The position numbers were made by a program, and so were the translations under genes. Positions 56,505 to 64,000 of a stretch of 64,000 nucleotides of DNA are shown here, one piece after another (the first letter of the stretch is position 1; every line of letters starts with the position of its first letter). Below the pieces are notes generated by a model. The model saw nothing but the letters and a program-made list of their open reading frames with translations, made no database searches and was not told the origin of the DNA. This DNA comes from an uncultured Anaerolineaceae bacterium (GTDB lineage: Bacteria > Chloroflexota > Anaerolineae > Anaerolineales > Anaerolineaceae). The stretch is taken from contig CAYPBU010000002.1 of the NCBI GenBank assembly GCA_964409045.1, forward strand, positions 3,160 through 67,159, written 5' to 3'.

Positions 56505-58232
56505 ATGAGGGTTTTTCGGTACAATACTTATCAGGATGAGAAACGATTTATGCTAAAAGCATTAAAAGTGCGTTTACGTGACATCCTCAACGTAGATTTG
56601 CTGGCGGGCGCGGAAGTAATCGCCGGCGAATCAGGGATGGGCAATGTAATTACCTCAGTCAACGTCATGGAGGTGCCAGATATTGTTGACTGGGTCCGAC
56701 CGGGGGAACTTTTACTAACGACAGCTTACTCACTTTCCAACAACATTGAAGCCTTCAACACCCTCCTTCCCATCTTTGCGAAGAAGGGCGTTTGCGGGAT
56801 GGGCATCAAAACCAAGCGCTATATCAATGAATTGCCAGAGAGTGTGATTGAAACAGCCAACAAGTTGGCATTTCCAATCATCAAAATCCCACCCGATGTG
56901 TCGTATGGCGATTTGATGAAGCAAATTTTCACCTACATAATCGGTGAGCAAACCCGCTTGCTTGAGAAGATAAACTCAGTCAACAACCAGATCCGGGATA
57001 TCATGCTGCGCCGCGGAGATATGGATGAATTTGCTGAGCTTATCAGCAAGGCACTAAACTCACCGACATTAATTTCTGACCAGGTGCACAAGAGCTTTGT
57101 ATTCCACGCAGGCGATAAAGACTGGGAAGCCATCCTTAATCGGGTCGTTCCGTCAACCATCAACAACCCGGCCATCCTGGCAGAGCCGGGATCAATGGAA
57201 ATTCAAACCAGTTTCGACCTGGTTGACGGCACAAAAGTCAAACGCTTTAGCATCCCGATCTTCTTTGAAGAAAACCTTTACGGCTATGTCTACATTTGGG
57301 ATGTAAACGACCAGATCAATCCAGGTGACTTGTTCGTTATTCAATCCGCAACCTCCCTGATTGCGCTGCACATCGTCACCAAGCTAACCGTCACTCAGCG
57401 GGAAAATGTGCACCGCACCAATTTCTTTGAGCAATTGTTAAGCAATAAGCCCGAAGCGCAAGCGGGAGCGATTTTGGATGCTGAGTATTACGGGTTCGAT
57501 CCCAATGCGCACCATCAATGCTTGATCTTCAGGCTGGATTTTGAAGACAGTGTGCACTCAGCGTCTTCCCGCAACCGCAGAATCCAGGAAACAAGCCTGA
57601 TCCTGACTGGAATTCTCAGTTACATTCAACAAAAGGCTTCGTCTCGCTTCATTTGGGTAACCAAGCCCAATGAGATTTACTTCCTGCTCGAGTTCGACTC
57701 GAACCTGAGCCCGGAAAACCGCGCTGACCAGACCAGGCATTTCGTCTATTTGCTGCTGGAGGCCGCCAGGGATCTGAAAGTTGCGGAGCATTGTTTCATC
57801 GGAATTGGACGGGCGTACCCCGGTTATGATACCCTCAGCGACAGTTTGCATGAGGCTCAGCAGGCTGTGCGCATCTTGCAGGGCAGCCAAAAGAAAGACA
57901 AAGATCACTACGGCTTCTTTGAAGAAATGGGAATCGCCCGATTGTTTGGCGCGCCTGAAAGCCGGGCAGATTTTTTGAGCCATTCCGATCAAGTGCTTCA
58001 ACCAATTTTGAAATACGACGCGGACCATGACGGCAAATTGCTCGAAACAGTCCGGGCATATTTTGAACATGGCGGCAACCTGCGGAAAATCTCCGAAGTG
58101 CAATTTACGCATTACAACACCGTTGTTTATCGGATCAACCGGATCCGTGATACCCTGAAGATTGATTTGAAAGATCCGGAGACGGCTTTTTCCATTCAAT
58201 TTGCCCTCAAGATTCGGGACTTAATTGGTTGA
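56505..58232 (+). CDS. PucR-family transcriptional regulator
   Basis: 575 aa. An N-terminal PucR-like domain ('VNVMEVPDIVDWVRPGELLLTT') is followed by a C-terminal HTH 'NLRKISEVQFTHYNTVVYRINRIRD'. Confidence 0.85.
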   Translation: MRVFRYNTYQDEKRFMLKALKVRLRDILNVDLLAGAEVIAGESGMGNVITSVNVMEVPDIVDWVRPGELLLTTAYSLSNNIEAFNTLLPIFAKKGVCGMGIKTKRYINELPESVIETANKLAFPIIKIPPDVSYGDLMKQIFTYIIGEQTRLLEKINSVNNQIRDIMLRRGDMDEFAELISKALNSPTLISDQVHKSFVFHAGDKDWEAILNRVVPSTINNPAILAEPGSMEIQTSFDLVDGTKVKRFSIPIFFEENLYGYVYIWDVNDQINPGDLFVIQSATSLIALHIVTKLTVTQRENVHRTNFFEQLLSNKPEAQAGAILDAEYYGFDPNAHHQCLIFRLDFEDSVHSASSRNRRIQETSLILTGILSYIQQKASSRFIWVTKPNEIYFLLEFDSNLSPENRADQTRHFVYLLLEAARDLKVAEHCFIGIGRAYPGYDTLSDSLHEAQQAVRILQGSQKKDKDHYGFFEEMGIARLFGAPESRADFLSHSDQVLQPILKYDADHDGKLLETVRAYFEHGGNLRKISEVQFTHYNTVVYRINRIRDTLKIDLKDPETAFSIQFALKIRDLIG

Positions 58233-58233
58233 A

Positions 58234-59229
58234 ATGGCGATAAGAGAGATGAAAGTTATTGCAATTGCGGATGACCTGGTCGAATTCCTTGGGACTCATC
58301 CAAGTCACGTTGCAGGTGTTCACTCAGTCTTTCCCCATGCCGTGAACTTGCTGATTGCAGAAAATGAATTGATCACACTCACTAACCAGGGCGACGTTAC
58401 CCCGATGGGGCTGAAGGTGAACGCCAGCCAAATTTTCCCCAATCTTCTGAAAGCCGGCGATCAGGTCGTCCTCAACCCGGACAGTTTCACGAGCGAAAAT
58501 GGGGTCTTTCAGATCCGCTTGCAAGGCGCGGATATTTGGGAAACCCGCTTGGTGACGAGTTTCTCTCCGCGTCCGGCTGAAGCGGTTGCCCAAATCAGGC
58601 TCAAACTGATTACATGGCTTGCCCAACAGCCAGCCCATGGGCTGCTGCCGCTCCTGCCGCGTTTGACGCGCCAATTAACGAACAACGACCCATCTCTTGG
58701 TAATATCTACAGCCGGTACATAGCTGATGATCTTGAAAGCTTTACAAATGCGGTCAACACCTCTGCTTGGGAGCAAGCCTTGCTCCTGGCGGATCGCCTC
58801 ATCGGGTTTGGAATGGGTTCCACGCCGGCTTGCGATGATTTCCTGGCGGCATACCTGGTCGTTTTCTCGTTTGCTGGCGAGAAATACCCGCATCGTTACC
58901 CTTGGATCAGAGAGTTCAATCGGACCATCGCCAGCAAGGGGAAAAGCCGCACCACCCTGATCAGTGCCAACATGCTCAGGCATGCCGCGAATGGCAAGAT
59001 TAGCCGGGGTCATCAACGACTCATCGAAACATGCCTGTTTGAAAATCAGGGTAACCTGTTAAAGTTAGCCGATGAAGTTTTCCACCACGGAGCGACTTCG
59101 GGCGGAGATTTTCTGCTCGGATTGGTTTGCGCTTTGGAATGGGTTCAAAACACACTCAAAGATATTAAAAAGGAAGGAGAGCAAGCATGGGTTGCATTAA
59201 ACCAACCCCAACCCGTGCCAGGCATATGA
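58234..59229 (+). CDS. DUF2877 (YlbF-like) protein
   Basis: 'VHSVFPHAVNLLIAENELITL' and 'GMGSTPACDDFLAAYL' fit this family. It sits immediately upstream of FdrA, as in fdrA-ylbE-ylbF clusters. Confidence 0.7.
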   Translation: MAIREMKVIAIADDLVEFLGTHPSHVAGVHSVFPHAVNLLIAENELITLTNQGDVTPMGLKVNASQIFPNLLKAGDQVVLNPDSFTSENGVFQIRLQGADIWETRLVTSFSPRPAEAVAQIRLKLITWLAQQPAHGLLPLLPRLTRQLTNNDPSLGNIYSRYIADDLESFTNAVNTSAWEQALLLADRLIGFGMGSTPACDDFLAAYLVVFSFAGEKYPHRYPWIREFNRTIASKGKSRTTLISANMLRHAANGKISRGHQRLIETCLFENQGNLLKLADEVFHHGATSGGDFLLGLVCALEWVQNTLKDIKKEGEQAWVALNQPQPVPGI

Positions 59230-60791
59230 CCCTACATACGAGTATTAAAAGAAATGCCTATTACGACTCCGTAACGCTCATGCTGTTATCGAGAGAATTA
59301 CTGAAGTTGGAGGGTGTTGAAGATGTTTTGGTGGGAATGGGCACCGACCTCAACCTCGACCTGGCGAAAGACCTCGGTCTTGCCACCAGCGAATTTGACA
59401 CATTAACTCCCAATGACCTCTTTATCGCCGCAAAAATTGATGAAAACCTGACTTCCATGAAGGTAGTCGAAGAGGCCTTCATTGCGCAGCTGAACAAAGG
59501 CGCGGAGTCCGAAGGCGATGATGATTACCAACCGCCCTCCTTGAGGTCCGCCATCCAGGCTTTGCCCGAGGCCAACATGGTCCTTATCTCCGTGCCGGGT
59601 CAGTTTGCGGCAGCGGAAGTTGAGGATGCTCTGGATGCTGGGCTGCACGTGATGCTGTTCTCGGACAATGTCTCGGTCGAAGATGAGCTGCGCCTCAAGC
59701 AAAAGGCGGTGGAAAAAGGGCTGCTAATGATGGGACCGGACTGTGGAACGGCGATCATCAATGGCAAACCCCTCTGTTTTGCTAATGCCGTTCGACGTGG
59801 AAAGATCGGCGTGGTCGGCGCATCAGGCACCGGAACCCAGGAAGTCACCGTTCAGATTCACAAGCTTGGTGAAGGTCTCTCCCAGGTCATTGGCACCGGT
59901 GGGCGCGACCTCAAGGAGCAAATTGGTGGGTTGATGATGATCCAGGGTTTTGAATCGCTGATTGCTGACCCTGAAACTGATTTGATCGTCCTGATCTCCA
60001 AACCGCCAGCCCCCTCCGTGGCGGAAAAGATTTACCAGATTGCCAAAACCTGCCCCAAACCCGTCGTGATCGACTTCATCGGTGGAGATCGTGCAGCTAT
60101 CGAAGCTGCAGGTGCCATCCCATGTATCAGCCTTGAAGATGCTGCTCAAAAAGCCGTCCAGGTGCTACACGGGCAAGCCTATGCTGACTTTGCAGGTTTC
60201 TCGCTGCCAGAAGAGCATGTTGAATGTATCGTTGACACCTCCATCTCTAAACTAAAAAGCGACCAGACAGAACTTCGTGCTCTCTTCACCGGCGGCACAT
60301 TGGCAGATGAAGCCATGAAACTTCTGGGCGTGCATTACGACATCTACTCCAATATTCCCCTCTCGCCAGAGATGGCGATCGAGAATCTGCCCGGAGGGCG
60401 CGGTCACATCTGCCTGGACCTCGGCGAAGACCAGTTCACCCGCGGCAGACCGCACCCGATGATCGACCCACAAACCCGGACAGAGTTTTTCCGGTCCCAT
60501 GTGGACGGGCAAACGGGTGTGATCCTGGTGGATGTGGTGCTTGGTTTTGGCTCCTACGATGACCCGGCAGGGGCAGTGGCTGCCTCCGTGCGCGAAATTA
60601 GACAGCGATTGTCCAGCCAGGGCAAGGATGTGGTCGTGATTGCCTCGGTTTGCGGTACGGATCTGGATAGCCAGGATTTGAACAAATCGATCGAGACCCT
60701 GGAAGCTGAAGGCATCCTGGTGATGCCATCCAACGCCCAGGCGGTCCGGCTTACTGATCGAGTCATGCAACGCATGCAGAAAGGAGCATGA
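59226..60791 (+). CDS. fdrA: FdrA-family (succinyl-CoA-synthetase-alpha-like) protein
   Basis: 'IKRNAYYDSVTLMLLS' is at the N-terminus and 'GIVGASGTGTQEV' follows. The ATG at 59226 overlaps the upstream stop (ATATGA). Confidence 0.85.
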   Translation: MTLHTSIKRNAYYDSVTLMLLSRELLKLEGVEDVLVGMGTDLNLDLAKDLGLATSEFDTLTPNDLFIAAKIDENLTSMKVVEEAFIAQLNKGAESEGDDDYQPPSLRSAIQALPEANMVLISVPGQFAAAEVEDALDAGLHVMLFSDNVSVEDELRLKQKAVEKGLLMMGPDCGTAIINGKPLCFANAVRRGKIGVVGASGTGTQEVTVQIHKLGEGLSQVIGTGGRDLKEQIGGLMMIQGFESLIADPETDLIVLISKPPAPSVAEKIYQIAKTCPKPVVIDFIGGDRAAIEAAGAIPCISLEDAAQKAVQVLHGQAYADFAGFSLPEEHVECIVDTSISKLKSDQTELRALFTGGTLADEAMKLLGVHYDIYSNIPLSPEMAIENLPGGRGHICLDLGEDQFTRGRPHPMIDPQTRTEFFRSHVDGQTGVILVDVVLGFGSYDDPAGAVAASVREIRQRLSSQGKDVVVIASVCGTDLDSQDLNKSIETLEAEGILVMPSNAQAVRLTDRVMQRMQKGA

Positions 60792-60792
60792 G

Positions 60793-60975
60793 ATGTCGGT
60801 TAACGATCTCTTCAAACAAGAACTCAAAGTCGTCAATCTTGGCTTGAAGTCTTTCCATAACGACTTAAAGAGCCAGGGTGTCACCGTGGTGCAGGTGAAC
60901 TGGAAACCCAAAGCAGGCGGCAAGAAGAACATGCTCAACCTGCTGAACAAACTTAATAAAGTCAAGCAATCATAA
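60793..60975 (+). CDS. Small cluster-associated ORF (60 aa), in the same frame as the downstream DUF1116 gene
   Basis: The ATG lies 1 nt after the fdrA stop. 'LKVVNLGLKSFHNDLKSQGVTVVQVNWKPKAGG' looks like a conserved module rather than noise. It is separated from the DUF1116 ORF by a TAA plus 18 nt that contain AAGGAG. Confidence 0.45.
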   Translation: MSVNDLFKQELKVVNLGLKSFHNDLKSQGVTVVQVNWKPKAGGKKNMLNLLNKLNKVKQS

Positions 60976-60993
60976 TTTGAAAGGAGTGAGACA

Positions 60994-62259
60994 TTGATAG
61001 ATATTATTGAAAACGCAAATAAGGAAGCTCTGGAGATAATCCAGAATGGACAACCAACACTGATCGGCTTGGGAGTGGCGGGAGATGTCATTCCGGGCAT
61101 GGCAAAAGACTTGTTTCTCCATGCGGGTCCGCCTATCACGTGGGAGAAGATGTCTGGTCCCCTGCGCGGCGGTGTGATGGCAGGACTGATGTATGAGGGC
61201 TTGGCTTCCACCCCTGAGGAAGCCGCTCAATACGCAGCCTCAGGAAAACTGAGGTTTGATTCCTGCCATCACCATGAGGCTGTGGGTCCCATGGCAGGTA
61301 TTGTGACCTCGAAGATGCCAGTCTGGATCATCGAAAACAAAGCCTATGGCAACCGGGCATACTGCACCTTGAACGAAGGTCTTGGCAAGGTTTTGCGCAT
61401 GGGAGCCTACGGACCGGAAGTGATCAAGCACCTGCAGTGGATGGAGACCGTCCTGTATCCCGTTTTGAAAGAAACGGTTGAAATCCATGGTCCTATCGAC
61501 CTCAAGACCATGATCGCGCAAGCCGTCCAGATGGGTGATGAGTGCCACAACCGCAACAAGGCTGCCACCTCATTGCTGATTCGAGAAATTGCTCCCAGCA
61601 TCTTGAAAACCTCGTTTAGCAACCAGGACAAAATCGCTGTACTGGAATTCCTCAACAGCAATGACCACACTTTCCTGAATCTTTCCATGCCGGCAGCCAA
61701 GGCCACCTTGGAACCTGCTGGTAAAGTGAAACACTCCACCATCGTCTACACCATGGCGCGCAACGGTACCGAGTTTGGAATTCGCGTAGCCGGTCTTGGG
61801 GGTCGCTGGTTCACCGCCCCGGCGGAGATTATCGATGGTCTGTACTTCCCTGGCTTTTCCATGGAAAATGCCAACCCGGATGTCGGCGACTCCTGCATCA
61901 CGGAAACGCTTGGCATCGGCGGCTTTTCGATGGCAACCGCGCCAGCAATTGTGCAATTTGTGGGCGGCACGCCCAAAGATGCGGTACGATATACCACCAG
62001 CATGTATGAGATCACCACGGAAGAAAGCCGTGCCTACAAGCTCCCCCCGATGAATTTCAGGGGCTCGCCAACCGGCATCGACATCCGCAAGGTGATTGAA
62101 ACCCAGGTGTTGCCTGTCATCAATACCGGCATTGCCCATAAAGAAGCCGGTGTGGGCCAGGTAGGCGCGGGCGTTGTGCACCCGCCGATGGCATGCTTTG
62201 AACAAGCTTTGGAAGCGTTCGTAAACCTCCTTGAAGGCGAAGGTCTTCTGGAGGACTAA
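60994..62259 (+). CDS. DUF1116 (YlbE-like) protein
   Basis: 'NRAYCTLNEGLGKVLRMGAYG', 'GDSCITETLGIGG' and 'INTGIAHKEAGVGQVGAG' closely resemble E. coli YlbE as I remember it. TTG start after AAGGAG. Confidence 0.85.
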   Translation: MIDIIENANKEALEIIQNGQPTLIGLGVAGDVIPGMAKDLFLHAGPPITWEKMSGPLRGGVMAGLMYEGLASTPEEAAQYAASGKLRFDSCHHHEAVGPMAGIVTSKMPVWIIENKAYGNRAYCTLNEGLGKVLRMGAYGPEVIKHLQWMETVLYPVLKETVEIHGPIDLKTMIAQAVQMGDECHNRNKAATSLLIREIAPSILKTSFSNQDKIAVLEFLNSNDHTFLNLSMPAAKATLEPAGKVKHSTIVYTMARNGTEFGIRVAGLGGRWFTAPAEIIDGLYFPGFSMENANPDVGDSCITETLGIGGFSMATAPAIVQFVGGTPKDAVRYTTSMYEITTEESRAYKLPPMNFRGSPTGIDIRKVIETQVLPVINTGIAHKEAGVGQVGAGVVHPPMACFEQALEAFVNLLEGEGLLED

Positions 62260-62274
62260 TCTATTGGAGGAACT

Positions 62275-63072
62275 ATGATTAAAAATTGGGACAAAATTAA
62301 GGTTTACGACTTAACACAGAACACCAGTATTCTCACACCACCCTGGCCGACCTACGAGCCGCTGCAAGTGAAATTCTTCAAGCGCCTCAGCCCAAATGGG
62401 GCGAACGGCATGCTCATTACCACCTCAAACCACGTGGGCACCCACCTGGATGGTCCGCTGCATTTTGACACCTCCGGTCGGGACATTGCCTCGCTCGAGA
62501 TGGACAAGTTGATGGGTCCCGGTGTGGTCGTGGATCTGTCCGACATTGCCGAAGACTGGTCCATCTACACACCCCAGGACATCATGGACCGCGTCGAAGT
62601 GAAAACCGGCGATATCCTCTACATCAACACCGGCTACCACCGCTATGGTTTTGATCAACCCGAAGCCAACGAACGCCGTTACATGCTGCGCCATCCCGGT
62701 CCTTCAATGGATTTCATTGATTGGATCAAGGACATGAAAATCAAGCACATCGCCGTGGACTGCGGCTCTGCCGACCATCCCATGAACACCAAGATCCGCG
62801 ATTGGGAACCTGGTGAGGCTCAGGCTTGCGACGCCTATATGAAACAGCGCTACGGCAAGGGCTTGAACGAGATCTATCCATGGCCAGAGCAGTACCAGGC
62901 TATGCACATCAAGGTCTTCCCAAAACCCTGGGAGATCATCCATGTCGAAAATATCGGCGGCGAGATCGACAAGGTGCTGAACAAGCGACTCATCCTGGGC
63001 ACCCTCCCCTGGAAGTTCCAATATGGCGAAAGCGCTTTCTGCCGCTGTATCGCTATTGACGAAGTCGAATAG
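62275..63072 (+). CDS. Cyclase-family (kynurenine-formamidase-like) metal hydrolase
   Basis: The 'HVGTHLDGPLHF' HxGTHxDxPxH motif is present. 265 aa. Confidence 0.85.
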   Translation: MIKNWDKIKVYDLTQNTSILTPPWPTYEPLQVKFFKRLSPNGANGMLITTSNHVGTHLDGPLHFDTSGRDIASLEMDKLMGPGVVVDLSDIAEDWSIYTPQDIMDRVEVKTGDILYINTGYHRYGFDQPEANERRYMLRHPGPSMDFIDWIKDMKIKHIAVDCGSADHPMNTKIRDWEPGEAQACDAYMKQRYGKGLNEIYPWPEQYQAMHIKVFPKPWEIIHVENIGGEIDKVLNKRLILGTLPWKFQYGESAFCRCIAIDEVE

Positions 63073-63160
63073 GTTTTCATAAAAAATCAAAGTTCAGAAT
63101 CCCTCTCCTAAAAGGGATTCTGAACTATTGCATGACAAGTATAGATCTGGAGGATTTGAA

Positions 63161-64000
63161 ATGGGCGCATTATCTGATATCAAAGTATTGGACCTGACTC
63201 GTGTTTTAGCCGGACCTTACGCAACGATGGTCCTGGCAGACCTTGGCGCGGAAATCATAAAAATTGAACAACCCGAAAAGGGCGATGATTCCAGGGCCTA
63301 TGGTCCATACAAAAATGGTGAGAGTGCTTATTTCATGAGTCTGAACCGCAATAAAGAGAGCATCACCCTCAATCTCAAGGCGCCTGAAGGCAAAGAGATT
63401 TTCAAAGCCCTGGTGAAACAGGTGGATGTTCTGGTTGAAAACTATCGCCCCGGCACCATGGAAAAGCTGGGTTTGGGATATGATGTGCTCAAAGAGATCA
63501 ATCCCCGCCTCATTTATGCCTCCTCCACGGGATATGGCCAAACCGGACCTTACAGCCAGCGACCTGCTTACGACGCCGTGGTGCAAGCCATGGGCGGCAT
63601 CATGAGCATCACCGGTCAGGCCGATGGCAAGCCAACCCGCGTGGGCTCATCTATCGGTGATATAACCGCTGGGCTTTTCTGCGCGATCGGAATTCTGGCC
63701 ACCTTGCATGAACGTGAGCGCTCCGGCGAAGGGCAAATGGTGGACGTTGCCATGCTCGACTGCCAGGTTGCCATCCTCGAAAACGCCATCTCGCGTTACG
63801 AATTCACCGGCGAGATTCCCCACCCAATCGGCAACCGTCATCCATCGATCGTACCTTTTGAGCCTTTCGACACCCTAACCAGCCCGATCATGGTGGCTGC
63901 AGGCAACGACCGCTTGTGGGCAACCTTGTGCGACCTGATGGGCCTCGAAGTTGCCTGTGATCCTCGCTTCAAGAACAACCCCCAGCGTAACGAACATTAT
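63161..64000 (+). CDS. Family III CoA-transferase (CaiB/BaiF/Frc type), 3'-truncated by window edge
   Basis: This ORF is not in the supplied track. The ATG at 63161 follows GGAGGA. I read 'IKVLDLTRVLAGPYATMVLADLGAEIIKIE...GDDSR...ENYRPGTMEKLGL', and the frame is open to position 64000. Confidence 0.85.
   Translation, partial: MGALSDIKVLDLTRVLAGPYATMVLADLGAEIIKIEQPEKGDDSRAYGPYKNGESAYFMSLNRNKESITLNLKAPEGKEIFKALVKQVDVLVENYRPGTMEKLGLGYDVLKEINPRLIYASSTGYGQTGPYSQRPAYDAVVQAMGGIMSITGQADGKPTRVGSSIGDITAGLFCAIGILATLHERERSGEGQMVDVAMLDCQVAILENAISRYEFTGEIPHPIGNRHPSIVPFEPFDTLTSPIMVAAGNDRLWATLCDLMGLEVACDPRFKNNPQRNEHY

Noticed and set aside
60252-61211. 319-aa minus-strand ORF, plus 57558-58199 and 61570-62205 on the minus strand
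   Set aside because: They are antisense to the fdrA, DUF1116 and PucR genes, which have strong family signatures. No RBS or motifs are visible.
1-64000. Genome-wide amber (TAG) reassignment as the explanation for the two internal TAG codons
   Set aside because: Many well-formed genes in this window terminate precisely at TAG, for example the ORFs ending at 472, 9406, 33979, 38044, 39299, 41049, 44965 and 63072. No pyl-type genes are present.
1-64000. Search for CRISPR arrays, tRNA/rRNA genes, integrases or intact IS elements
   Set aside because: I saw no regularly spaced direct repeats, no T-loop/acceptor-like tRNA signatures in the intergenic regions, and no recombinase or transposase-length ORFs. 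This was visual inspection only, so short or degenerate elements could have been missed.

Overview
This is a 64-kb bacterial chromosomal window, mostly about 53-57% GC by my spot counts. It is dominated by carbohydrate uptake and catabolism and by anaerobic-type redox and catabolic operons. All calls come from reading the ORF translations and DNA by eye; nothing was searched or computed.

Contents from left to right:
1. A CUT2-type sugar ABC transporter, an FGGY kinase and L-arabinose isomerase.
2. A roughly 4-kb AT-rich island (about 6.2-10.3 kb). It holds three co-directional ORFs: a SIR2-like protein with an uncharacterised helical C-terminal half, an overlapping small ADP-ribosyltransferase-like protein, and a cytidylate-kinase-like P-loop protein. 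A gene-poor, decayed right flank follows.
3. A MarR-controlled aldehyde:ferredoxin oxidoreductase / ferredoxin / DUF362 operon.
4. A long minus-strand cluster: XRE-cupin regulator, unknown protein, SCP2, HMG-CoA-synthase-like, SCP-x-type thiolase, DUF35, then membrane proteins, an unknown 445-aa protein and an SDR.
5. Housekeeping and accessory genes: alpha/beta hydrolase, DsbA-like protein, a CUT1 sugar ABC system, a lipoprotein, DUF3105, GNAT and MsrAB.
6. A GH9 cellulase next to a ROK regulator and a xylose-type ABC system.
7. A nonsense-split MFS gene, a CarH-like B12 photoreceptor regulator, a fasciclin lipoprotein, a decayed response regulator, and mgtA behind a probable M-box leader.
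8. A PucR-associated N-heterocycle/oxamate-type catabolic cluster: NCS2 permease, three-subunit xanthine-dehydrogenase-family enzyme, amidase, DUF2877/FdrA/DUF1116, cyclase-family hydrolase and a family III CoA-transferase (3'-truncated by the window edge).

I saw no rRNA, tRNA, CRISPR array, integrase or intact transposase.

The most interesting locus is the SIR2 / ART-like / kinase island at 6358-9406. It looks like a horizontally acquired, NAD+-centred defence-type module, and its gene combination does not match any described system I can recall.
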